A DNA stretch of 64,000 bases from Emticicia agri (GTDB lineage: Bacteria; Bacteroidota; Bacteroidia; Cytophagales; Spirosomataceae), in contig CAMAQF010000008.1 of assembly GCA_945860265.1 (NCBI GenBank), positions 3,810 through 67,809 on the forward strand, read 5' to 3'. The translations under genes and the position numbers were made by a program. Positions 37,954 to 46,611 of this stretch are shown here, one piece after another; positions within the stretch are counted from its first letter, which is position 1, and every line of letters starts with the position of its first letter. The notes under the pieces are model-generated. The model saw nothing but the letters and a program-made list of their open reading frames with translations. It ran no database searches and had not been told where the DNA came from.

Positions 37954-38345
37954 AATTTAGTTTTGAAAGAATGGTTGATGGTGGGCTAATTATTGTAGGC
38001 TTAACATTGGATAAAAAGAGCAAACTAAGAATGATTTTAGATACAGGTTGCTCAAATACGACTATTGATAGTAACGCTTTATACTTATCGGGTTACGAAC
38101 TAAAAGATGCTGTAGAAATTGTAGAAATCGAAACGGCAAATGGAATCGTAGAGTCGGAAGTTTTTGAAGTAAACCAAATAAAATCAATCGGAATTCTAAA
38201 AAGCAAGTTTAAAATCCAAGTTTATGATTTTTTAGCTCATTGCATTTTTTCAAATTACGATGGTCTTATTGGGCTAGATTTTTTGGAAGGAACTAAATTT
38301 TGTATTGATACCAATTTAAATGAGATAACAATTACTGCAAAATAA
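37950..38345 (+). CDS. Retropepsin-like (clan AA) aspartic protease, single-domain
   Basis: 131 aa with MILDTGCSNTTID (D-T-G catalytic triplet) and a C-terminal DGLIGLDFL, as in homodimeric retropepsin-like proteins. Confidence 0.7.
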   Translation: MKFSFERMVDGGLIIVGLTLDKKSKLRMILDTGCSNTTIDSNALYLSGYELKDAVEIVEIETANGIVESEVFEVNQIKSIGILKSKFKIQVYDFLAHCIFSNYDGLIGLDFLEGTKFCIDTNLNEITITAK

Positions 38346-38364
38346 AATATATAATCACTATTTT

Positions 38365-38404
38365 AAAGAAATCCACTTCACTGCTCAGTAAAGTGGATTT
38401 CTTT
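38365..38404. terminator. Bidirectional terminator
   Basis: aaagaaatccactt ... aagtggatttcttt, a 14-bp stem between convergent genes. Confidence 0.7.
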
Positions 38405-38418
38405 ATTTATAAAACCTC

Positions 38419-39723
38419 TTACCAAAACTTCACTCCCGACAACCTACTGATTTCGAGTTTAGCCAATAAAGCCTGATAATCATATTGTAATAAATTAAAT
38501 TTTGCTTCTTCTAAACCTGTCTCGGCTGATTGAATTTCGAGCGGTGTACTTACGCCATTAACTAATCTATTTTTAGCCAATTTCAAACTATACTCAGCTT
38601 GAAAAATATTACTTGTAGCCAATTCTTTTTTCTGATTCGCTACTTTTATATCATTATAAGCATTTTCAAGGTCACGGCTTATCTGTATTTTCTGCGACTC
38701 CGTTCCATGCTTCGCTGCATCAAGGTTTATTTTAGCAATTTGCGTGTTATATTCTCCACGTTTTCCTGTATAAATCGGCATTGAAAGTTTTACACCTATC
38801 AATGAGTTTGGTCTTAAAATAGCAATATCAGGCAAATAACCATTACGCACACCAAGCGAAGCATTAGCAGCTAACGTTGGTAAACTACTCATGCTCGAAA
38901 TTTTCACTTCTTGAGCCAAAACACTTTCTTTTATAAGCAAGCTTTTCAAATCAATGTTGTTTACAATCGCCTCATTATAAGCACTTTGCATGTCTGGCTT
39001 TCCATAGGCAAATTGTAACTCGGCATTAGCGGTGATTAATTTTCTTGCATCAGAACCAATCAACGAACTCAAAAAAATGTATTGTCTTTCAAGTTGGCCT
39101 TGTAGGTCTATCACTCGCATTTCGGCATTATTGTAGCGTACTTGCACCTGTACAGCATCATATTCAAGTGCATCGCCACTTTTTATACGGTCGGTAATAA
39201 TTTTGCCGTTCTCTTGCACCAATTTCACTTGGTCTTGCTGCACTAAGATGGCTTTCTGTAAGTATATAATGCTAAAATATAATTGTGAAACTTGATAAGC
39301 CAAGGTATGTTTCAGTGTTTCAATTCCACCTGTTTGTTGCTGAATTTCAAGAACTGTTTTCTTTACACTTTCCTTAAATCTTCCCCAGTCATAAATCACA
39401 TAAGACGCTGCAATACTAGCATTGTAATTATTATGCGGCTGAAATTGAATGATGCGAGGTTCGCCATTAACTGGCAAAGTAGCCTTTGCGATTGGGTCAA
39501 CTCTTGCGTAGCTCACATCGCCACTTACCTGCGGTTTAAGGCCAGTTTCTTGAACTTTGATTCTGTAATCTCCAACGCCGAGTAATTGCTGCTGCTCTTT
39601 TACCCTTGGCGAATAATCGATGGCTTGATTGATAAATTTAGAAAGTACTTGCTCGCTACTCTGTGCAAGCACTTCGTTACCTAGAAACAAGCAAACAATG
39701 ATGAATATTTTATTGATTTTCAT
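38419..39723 (-). CDS. TolC family outer membrane efflux protein
   Basis: Signal peptide from MKINKIFIIVCLFL (ATG at 39723). Two-repeat coiled alpha/beta OMF architecture. Last gene of the emrA-emrB operon. Confidence 0.85.
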   Translation of the reverse strand: MKINKIFIIVCLFLGNEVLAQSSEQVLSKFINQAIDYSPRVKEQQQLLGVGDYRIKVQETGLKPQVSGDVSYARVDPIAKATLPVNGEPRIIQFQPHNNYNASIAASYVIYDWGRFKESVKKTVLEIQQQTGGIETLKHTLAYQVSQLYFSIIYLQKAILVQQDQVKLVQENGKIITDRIKSGDALEYDAVQVQVRYNNAEMRVIDLQGQLERQYIFLSSLIGSDARKLITANAELQFAYGKPDMQSAYNEAIVNNIDLKSLLIKESVLAQEVKISSMSSLPTLAANASLGVRNGYLPDIAILRPNSLIGVKLSMPIYTGKRGEYNTQIAKINLDAAKHGTESQKIQISRDLENAYNDIKVANQKKELATSNIFQAEYSLKLAKNRLVNGVSTPLEIQSAETGLEEAKFNLLQYDYQALLAKLEISRLSGVKFW

Positions 39724-39798
39724 TTTTTTAGTTTCGATATTTAAAACAAAGACTAGAGATAAAACTCTCATAATCAATGTCTAAAATTGATAATTGTA

Positions 39799-41409
39799 TT
39801 AGTGTGATTCGGCTGCTGCTTTGGTTGCAGCCGCAATTTGGTCGGGCGATTTTTTCTTAGTTTTTAATAGTACCACCAATGGTAAAACACACAAGAAAAA
39901 TATGGCAATAATTCTAAAAGTGTCTAAATATGCCAGATAGTACGATTGTTTGTCGAGCATCAATTCCAACTGTCGATACGCTTGCTTAGAGGCTAAAGCT
40001 ATATCACCCGAGCGAGATAAAAATCCCATTTTGATGGCATTGAATTTTTCGAGAAACAACGGATTATTGGGCGTGTAATTAGCCACCAAGTCAGTGCGGT
40101 GTTGGGCATATTGAATTGTAATGTAGTTATTGGCCAATGCAATACCGAATGCTCCTCCAAGCTGACGAATCATGTTGGTAAGCGAAATGCCTGAACCAAA
40201 TTCGCTTGGTTTTAAACCAGCCACCGAGGCATTGATAAGTGGTAATTGTAGCAAAACTGTGCCTAAACCACGTAAAAGTTGTATCGGATAAAAATCCCAA
40301 CGCCCCATGTCGGCGGTTGCTGTTCCGCTATAAAAACCGAAGAAAGCAAAAATCAAAAGCCCAGCCACAACAAATGGTATCGGTGATGCCCCTTCCGACA
40401 TTCGTTTGCCTAAAATCGGAAAGAGTGGTAAAATCGTAAGTGTCGGAAAGAACAATGATAGCCCGGTCTCGTAAGGAGTAAAACCATTGATACGCTGCAC
40501 CATTAATGGGTAAACGAAAACCGATGTAAACAAACCAAAGCCAGAAACTAATACGAAAATCGACGAAAAAGCGAAGTTTCGATTAGCAAAAACTCTTAAG
40601 TTTACTACTGGATGGTCGGTGTTTAGCTCTCGACTGATAAATCCTACTATTCCGAGTGCCGCAAATAAAGCTATTATCGAAATCTCTCTCGACTGAAACC
40701 AGTCTTTCGACTCCCCTTTTTCAAGAATATATTGCAATGAGCCAATACCAATAATCAACAATATAATTCCGAAGTAATCAATCTTTATACTAGCTTTATT
40801 TTTCCCTTCACCTTCATTTCGTGGTATGTATAAAACCGTCAGAATTGTAGCAATTATACAAATTGGCACATTGATATAAAAAATATCTCCCCAAGTAAAG
40901 TTATCGACGATGTATCCTCCCACACTTGGTCCGAGTGTGGGTCCGAGTACGATTCCCATTCCGAAAAGCCCCGAAGCCATGCCTCGTTCTTTACCCGGAA
41001 AAGCATCAAACAAAATGGATTGTGAGGTAGAAAGCAAAGCTCCTCCACCTATTCCTTGAATAAATCTCCAAAAAACAAGCTCCCATAATGTATCAGAGTT
41101 TCCACACAAATACGACGCAATACCAAACAAAATCATTGATGCCAAATAATAGTTTTTTCGACCAAAATATTCGGCCAAAAAACCTGTCATCGGAATCACG
41201 ATTACGTTTGCAATGGCATAAGACGTAATCACCCAAGCTATATCTTCAATTGTTGCCCCCAACGAACCCGCAATCTGATTTAGAGCTACATTGACAATCG
41301 TTGTGTCGAGTAGCTCCATCACGGCGGCCGTTATGGTTGTCAGTACAATTATGAATCGTGCTGCACCGATGGGCTTTTTTGTATTTTCTGTATTTTCCAT
41401 AAACATCAA
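39799..41409 (-). CDS. emrB: MFS drug efflux transporter, DHA2/EmrB family (14 TM)
   Basis: LDTTIVNVAL, GFLAEYFGRKN and GGGALLSTSQSIL are DHA2 signatures. Confidence 0.85.
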   Translation of the reverse strand: MMFMENTENTKKPIGAARFIIVLTTITAAVMELLDTTIVNVALNQIAGSLGATIEDIAWVITSYAIANVIVIPMTGFLAEYFGRKNYYLASMILFGIASYLCGNSDTLWELVFWRFIQGIGGGALLSTSQSILFDAFPGKERGMASGLFGMGIVLGPTLGPSVGGYIVDNFTWGDIFYINVPICIIATILTVLYIPRNEGEGKNKASIKIDYFGIILLIIGIGSLQYILEKGESKDWFQSREISIIALFAALGIVGFISRELNTDHPVVNLRVFANRNFAFSSIFVLVSGFGLFTSVFVYPLMVQRINGFTPYETGLSLFFPTLTILPLFPILGKRMSEGASPIPFVVAGLLIFAFFGFYSGTATADMGRWDFYPIQLLRGLGTVLLQLPLINASVAGLKPSEFGSGISLTNMIRQLGGAFGIALANNYITIQYAQHRTDLVANYTPNNPLFLEKFNAIKMGFLSRSGDIALASKQAYRQLELMLDKQSYYLAYLDTFRIIAIFFLCVLPLVVLLKTKKKSPDQIAAATKAAAESH

Positions 41410-41457
41410 CCCTGCAATTTCCCGCAGTTAAGGGTTTATTCTTCATAAGCCCTTACA

Positions 41458-42501
41458 TTACTTAATTTTCACCTCAACCTCCAAACTCATGCCTGCACGT
41501 AGTTTATCACGCAATTTTTCAACACCCTCAATAGCAATCTTTACTGGAATTTTCTGTGTAACTTTCACGAAGTTTCCACTTGCATTATCTGGCGGAAGAA
41601 GAGCATATTTTGCACCAGTTGCATCAGAAAAGTCAGCGATTTTTCCTTTCAATTCCATATCAGGGAAAGCATCTAATTTAAGATTGACTTCTTGTCCAAC
41701 CGCCAAACGGCTTATTTGCGTTTCTTTAAAATTGGCAACTACCCAATAAAGTGAATCTTGCACGATAGTTGCCAAGGTTTGCCCTGGCTGAATAAACTGA
41801 CCAGGCTCAACACTCTTACGACCAATCTTGCCATTTTCAGATGCATAAACTTTTGAATAAGTTAGCTTTAGTTTTTGTTGCTCAATTTTTACTCTTTGAA
41901 CTGCCAAAGCTGCTTCCGCTTTATGTAAATTTGAAGAAAGCACTTCAATACGAGATTTTGAGGCCATCCAATCTTGATTTTGGCTATCGTATTGAGCAAT
42001 AAAAACCTCCAAATTAGATTTACTATCATCGATTTGACGTTTTGTAATGGCATTATCAGCAAATAATTTTGTATCACGCTCAGCATCTTTTTGAGCTTTT
42101 TCTTTTCGTAAAGCCGTTGTTTTTAGACCAGATTCGGCGGCAGCAATAGTCATATTTGCATTTTTGATGCTTGCTGTTGCACTTTCTAAATCAGTGAGCA
42201 TTTGTTGGTACATTGCTTCCATTTCAACCAATGCCAAAAGTTGTTCACTATCATCAATATCAACCAATAATTGACCTTTCTTTACTTGCTCAAAATCTTT
42301 CATGTTCACGGCATTTACATAACCGCCCACCCTTGGCACAACCGGCACTGTGTAGGTTTCAATTTGTGCATTATCAGTGGTTTCGTAAATCTGATTGTAC
42401 TCATATTTATTATAAGCGTAGATAGCAGCACTTATCACGATTAATAATAAGATGATGCGTGGAATGTAATTTTTAAACGATTTTTTAGGCAAATTTTCCA
42501 T
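41458..42501 (-). CDS. emrA: HlyD/EmrA family membrane fusion protein
   Basis: N-terminal TM, TDNAQIETYTVPVVPRVGGYV, a coiled-coil hairpin and a C-terminal beta-barrel domain. Confidence 0.85.
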   Translation of the reverse strand: MENLPKKSFKNYIPRIILLLIVISAAIYAYNKYEYNQIYETTDNAQIETYTVPVVPRVGGYVNAVNMKDFEQVKKGQLLVDIDDSEQLLALVEMEAMYQQMLTDLESATASIKNANMTIAAAESGLKTTALRKEKAQKDAERDTKLFADNAITKRQIDDSKSNLEVFIAQYDSQNQDWMASKSRIEVLSSNLHKAEAALAVQRVKIEQQKLKLTYSKVYASENGKIGRKSVEPGQFIQPGQTLATIVQDSLYWVVANFKETQISRLAVGQEVNLKLDAFPDMELKGKIADFSDATGAKYALLPPDNASGNFVKVTQKIPVKIAIEGVEKLRDKLRAGMSLEVEVKIK

Positions 42502-42573
42502 ATTTTATTCAGTTTCTTGCGTTTGCTTTAGTTTTTAGCTCTTGGGTTTGATATTTTAATTTTAAGGTTACAA

Positions 42574-42611
42574 AGTAAACTAAGTTTACTAATTTAGTCA
42601 AGTAAGTTGAC
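42574..42611. promoter_or_regulatory. Two palindromes in the marR / emrA divergent control region (candidate MarR operators)
   Basis: AGTAAAC-TAA-GTTTACT (42574-42590) and GTCAA-GTAAG-TTGAC (42597-42611). A TATATTTG -7-like box follows at 42624-42631. Confidence 0.35.
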
Positions 42612-42708
42612 AATTATTTTTTTTATATTTGCTTTGTAGTATATTTATATTTTAATCAGAATTTAATGTAGAGAATTGGGCCCTGCCTGATTAGTTTCAC
42701 GATTAGCA

Positions 42709-43245
42709 ATGAACGAAGAATTACTGGCAGAAGTAGCCAAAATGAAAGCCAATAAAGAAAGATTGATGGGCAAGCTTCTCAACAAAACCTATCGCTACAT
42801 GAGCGATTTGGCGGGCGATTATCTAAAAGGCATCGGCTACGAAAACTTTCGTGTGGGACATATTGTAGCTTTGGTAAACATCGAAGTAGAAGGAACCAGC
42901 ATCAATACCTTAGCAGCATGTGCGGGCATGACCAAGCAAGGAATGAGTAAACTAGTCAAAGAATTGCAAGAACAAGGATTTGTGTTGGTAGAAAAAGACC
43001 CATCGGACGCACGTGCTTTGATAGTAAAATATACCGAAAAGGGCTTACAAGCCATGATTGACTGGCGAAAATGCACAAATTACATTAATCAAAAGTTTGG
43101 AGAAGTGCTTGGTGAAAACAAACTTGAAACTCTAAAAGACCTTTTGAGTGAGTTGGTGCATGAATACGAAAATAATTATGCGATAAGTTCAAAAAATCCT
43201 TTGAATCACATAATGTTGCAAGCCAAATGGACGACGGTCAAATAA
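42709..43245 (+). CDS. MarR family transcriptional regulator
   Basis: wHTH text LAACAGMTKQGMSKLVKELQEQGFVLVEKDPSDARALIVKYTEKG. Divergent from the efflux operon. Confidence 0.85.
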   Translation: MNEELLAEVAKMKANKERLMGKLLNKTYRYMSDLAGDYLKGIGYENFRVGHIVALVNIEVEGTSINTLAACAGMTKQGMSKLVKELQEQGFVLVEKDPSDARALIVKYTEKGLQAMIDWRKCTNYINQKFGEVLGENKLETLKDLLSELVHEYENNYAISSKNPLNHIMLQAKWTTVK

Positions 43246-43314
43246 TTCGAGACTTGTGATGGGTGCATCGCCAAAAATTGATAAATTCGCAGAGTTTTTA
43301 AAAGATGCTCATTT

Positions 43315-44154
43315 ATGTCTGTTACCGAAATCATTATTTTAGTGATAGTTTCATACGTCATTATTTGTTTAGTGGCCTACAAAGTACAGGAGTATTTTAT
43401 TTTTAAACCCGAAAAGCTGTCGCAAGACTTTGAGTTTCGGTATGATAACCATTTTGAAGAGTTATTCCTTGATATGCCCGATGGAGCAAAAATCAACGGA
43501 CTGCTTTTTTATGATGTAGGCGAAGAAACTCGAGGCTTAGTTATTTATTTTCATGGAAATACTCGTAGCATTAAAGGATGGGCAAAATATGCCAAAGATT
43601 TTATCTCGCACGATTATGATGTGTTGATGATAGATTATCGAGGTTTTGGAAAAAGTACTGGTAAACGACACGAAGAACGAATGTATGAAGACTCGCAAGT
43701 GGTTTATCATAAGATGCTTACGAAAGGTTATAACGAAAAAAACATTGTGATTTATGGGCGTTCACTTGGTTCAGGATTTGCTTGTAAACTGGCTTCCAAG
43801 AATCACCCAAAAACCTTGATTCTTGATGCTCCGTATTATAGTTTTTCGCAGTTGACCAATCGCTTTTTGCCATTTTTACCAGTTACTATGATTTTGCGGT
43901 TTTCTATCCGAACCGACCAATATATCAAGTTTGTTAAGTGTCCGATTTACATCATTCATGGCACAAAAGATTTATTGATACCGTTTCGTTCGAGTGTAAA
44001 GTTGGCAAAACTCGTCCCACAGAAAACCCGTTTAATACCAATTTACGGTGGCGGACACAATAATTTACCATCATTTCCCGAATATCACACACATCTCGAA
44101 GAAATATTACTCGATAGATTCGATTTGATTTTTGATAAACACCTTTTAAATTGA
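43315..44154 (+). CDS. Alpha/beta hydrolase (membrane-anchored, ABHD13/BEM46-like)
   Basis: N-terminal TM, YFHGNT, GRSLGSG nucleophile elbow and HGTKDLLIP...GGHNN. Confidence 0.75.
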   Translation: MSVTEIIILVIVSYVIICLVAYKVQEYFIFKPEKLSQDFEFRYDNHFEELFLDMPDGAKINGLLFYDVGEETRGLVIYFHGNTRSIKGWAKYAKDFISHDYDVLMIDYRGFGKSTGKRHEERMYEDSQVVYHKMLTKGYNEKNIVIYGRSLGSGFACKLASKNHPKTLILDAPYYSFSQLTNRFLPFLPVTMILRFSIRTDQYIKFVKCPIYIIHGTKDLLIPFRSSVKLAKLVPQKTRLIPIYGGGHNNLPSFPEYHTHLEEILLDRFDLIFDKHLLN

Positions 44155-44237
44155 CGAATTACGATTGACGAATTATAAATTAAAAATCTGCAAACTATTC
44201 GTAAATCGTAATTCGTAAATCGTAATTTTTTAACTAT
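44155..44237. repeat. Long imperfect inverted repeat built from CGTAAAT/ACGATT units (hairpin between tandem paralogs)
   Basis: cgaattacgattgacgaat (44155-44173) pairs with attcgtaaatcgtaattcg (around 44207-44225), with one mismatch over 19 bp. Loop of about 30 nt. Confidence 0.55.
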
Positions 44238-44253
44238 TATCCATTAATTTTCC

Positions 44254-45057
44254 GTGTTTAAATTAAAATACCTTCAAATTGCCCTTACGATTTACGTTGT
44301 TCTGATTGCAGGCTTAGTACTTTTTCAGCGATTTATTCTTTTACACCCAAAAAAACTGGCAAAAGATTATCTATATGAATTTCCGAAAGCCGAAGAGTTT
44401 TATGTAGTAGTAGCCCCTGAGGTAAAACTAAATGCTCTTAGATTTGCATCAGAAGATAGTGTTTCGAAAGGCGTAGTACTTTATTATCACGGCAATGCCG
44501 ATAATTTGGCTCGTTGGGGCGAATATGCTTCCGAATTTACAAAGCGTGGCTACGACGTAGTGATGTACGATTACCGAGGTTTTGGTAAAAGTGATGGGCG
44601 TCTGGATGAACAAAATTTCATATTTGATGCCCAATATATTTTCGATGATTTGAGTCGTCGCTATAATCCCGATAAAATCGTACTTTATGGGCGTTCGTTT
44701 GGTTGTGGAGCAGCCATTAAGGTAGCTTCGACTAATCCAGTAAAAATGTTAATTCTCGAAACCCCTTATTATAGTTTGCCCGATGCAGCTTTTAGTCGTT
44801 TTCCGATTTTTCCGTTTAAATACGTTTCAGAATTTAAATTAAATGCCTATGAATGGCTGCCAAAAGTGCATTGTGATGTTCACGTTTTTCATGGTACCGA
44901 TGATGAAATCATTCCTTACAAACAAAGCGTAAAGCTTCTCGAATCGGCAAATAAAAACAATGACAAAACCCTCATTACATTACAGGGGGGGCATCATCGA
45001 GGTCTTGATAAATTTAAGGAGTATCAGACTAAATTAGATGAAATTTTGGCTAATTAA
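44254..45057 (+). CDS. Alpha/beta hydrolase, tandem paralog of 43315..44154
   Basis: Same architecture: TM, YYHGNADN, GRSFGCG and HGTDDEIIP...GGHH. GTG start. Confidence 0.75.
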   Translation: MFKLKYLQIALTIYVVLIAGLVLFQRFILLHPKKLAKDYLYEFPKAEEFYVVVAPEVKLNALRFASEDSVSKGVVLYYHGNADNLARWGEYASEFTKRGYDVVMYDYRGFGKSDGRLDEQNFIFDAQYIFDDLSRRYNPDKIVLYGRSFGCGAAIKVASTNPVKMLILETPYYSLPDAAFSRFPIFPFKYVSEFKLNAYEWLPKVHCDVHVFHGTDDEIIPYKQSVKLLESANKNNDKTLITLQGGHHRGLDKFKEYQTKLDEILAN

Positions 45058-45108
45058 GTCTGAAAAAATCATCGTCGGTTTAAGAAAATCACTTAAAACA
45101 CACATTCA

Positions 45109-46119
45109 TCATAAACTCTTTCTACGAATGGTGTAGAAAGGGTTTTTTATTTTTATTTGCTTTTTATCAAGCAAAAGTGCAGCTGCGGTTCGGCCCATTG
45201 TTTCAAAATCGGTCGTTATAACCGTGATTTCCAATAACTCTTTTAGGGTGGTTTCGTTGAACGAGATGACACCAATATCTTCCCCCAGTTTTAAGTTCAA
45301 CTGACGGGTTTTCTTTACCAACTCGGCCAAATCAGTTTCTTCAACCACTAAGTAAGCTGTTCCAAAATATAAAACTTCTTCGAGTGCGTTTTCTTTAATT
45401 TGAAAATCAAGTCCAAAATTCATACAAAACTGACGAAAACCATGCACAATATCACTTGGATAATTTCCATCACTTGGAAAAACCAACACCATTCGGCTAT
45501 ATTTTTCGAGTAAATCACGAAGTTCGTCCAGAGCATCAAATATATCTTTTTCAAAATCCTGATAAACGCTCAAACACGGTTTTATGTATTCGGGCAAATC
45601 TTTATCCAGCAAAATGAGTTCTTCCGAAGGGATTTTTTCTAAAGTTTTCAAGGCTAGAGTTTTATCGTTTTCGGGGAAGAAATGCGGCATAACTACGTAG
45701 TAATTATACTTTCCGATAGTATTTTCTATGATTTCGGCGAAAATCTTGGCATCGTAATGATGAATCTGTAAATCAACGCTTGCCTTATTACCTAAAACTT
45801 TCAAAAAAGCATAATATATCAGTTTTTTATAAGAACTTAACTTATTGAAAACCAACAAGATACGCATCTTATTATTATCAGTTCGGTTTACATAAAAACC
45901 CTTACCCTGCACCGAAGAAATAAAGCCTCGCTCTTTAAGCTCGCGGTATGCTTTCTCAACGGTATCACGAGCCAAGTAGTATTCTTCGCTTAGTTCGCTA
46001 ATTGATGGAAGCTGTTCGTCTTTTTTCAGAACCGCCCGCTCAATATCAGCAACGATTGACTGTACAATTTGCTTATACTTGGGGGTTTTATCGTTGGGAT
46101 TGAATTGTAGTTTATACAT
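45109..46119 (-). CDS. GntR-family transcriptional regulator with LacI/PBP1-type ligand-binding domain
   Basis: GntR wHTH (LPSISELSEEYYLARDTVEKAYRELKERGFISSVQGKGFYV) followed by an effector domain of about 250 aa. Confidence 0.8.
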   Translation of the reverse strand: MYKLQFNPNDKTPKYKQIVQSIVADIERAVLKKDEQLPSISELSEEYYLARDTVEKAYRELKERGFISSVQGKGFYVNRTDNNKMRILLVFNKLSSYKKLIYYAFLKVLGNKASVDLQIHHYDAKIFAEIIENTIGKYNYYVVMPHFFPENDKTLALKTLEKIPSEELILLDKDLPEYIKPCLSVYQDFEKDIFDALDELRDLLEKYSRMVLVFPSDGNYPSDIVHGFRQFCMNFGLDFQIKENALEEVLYFGTAYLVVEETDLAELVKKTRQLNLKLGEDIGVISFNETTLKELLEITVITTDFETMGRTAAALLLDKKQIKIKNPFYTIRRKSL

Positions 46120-46206
46120 TTTTTTAATGTCGTTATTGCTGAAACTTTCTCAACATTTTGATGCAAACTTATCCATCAGGGATTTTCTGAAAGTCTATCG
46201 TTTTCA

Positions 46207-46518
46207 AATAATGGTTAAGTAAAAGTAATAATTATTCATCTTACAAACTAAGTTTTTATTTCGTCCTCGTATTACTTCTGCATGAGCAGTTTTTAAGGCA
46301 AATTCTTTTAAGTCTGAGATATTTTCTAATATTTAAATATTATTAATAATCATAACGTCTTCAAAAAATCTGAGAACTGCGGTGTTTTCATTATCGCCTT
46401 TGAGCCGGCATATAAACCCCTTACTTTGTTCGGCAAGGGCATTTATTTCGTCGAGATGTGCTACGAAATCAGCCAGTAATGGCCTATAAATCTGTTCTAA
46501 TAGTTTGGAGATATTTAC
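46207..46518 (-). pseudogene. DUF3291 domain gene relic (no start codon, in-frame stops)
   Basis: The minus-strand frame reads *VNISKLLEQIYRPLLADFVAHLDEINALAEQSKGFICRLKGDNENTAVLRFFEDVMIINNI*ILENISDLKEFALKTAHAEVIRGRNKNLVCKMNNYYFYLTII*. This is collinear with the DUF3291 pattern (LAQLNIA...SP.LADFVA.LD.INALAE.SPGFVWRL...VNMSVWES.EAL..FVY...H.EV.R.R..WF). TAA at 46333-46335, TGA at 46204-46206. Confidence 0.6.
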
Positions 46519-46559
46519 TTAGGAGAGATGAAATTTTTGTGTTTTACTCTATAGAAAAT

Positions 46560-46595
46560 AAACCTGCAAGGTATTTTTCAAGGCCTTGCAGGTTT
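46560..46595 (-). terminator. Terminator hairpin 3' of pgm
   Basis: aaacctgcaagg ... ccttgcaggttt, a 12-bp stem with a T-rich tail on the minus strand. Confidence 0.6.
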
Positions 46596-46611
46596 TTGAT
46601 GCTTCAAAAAA

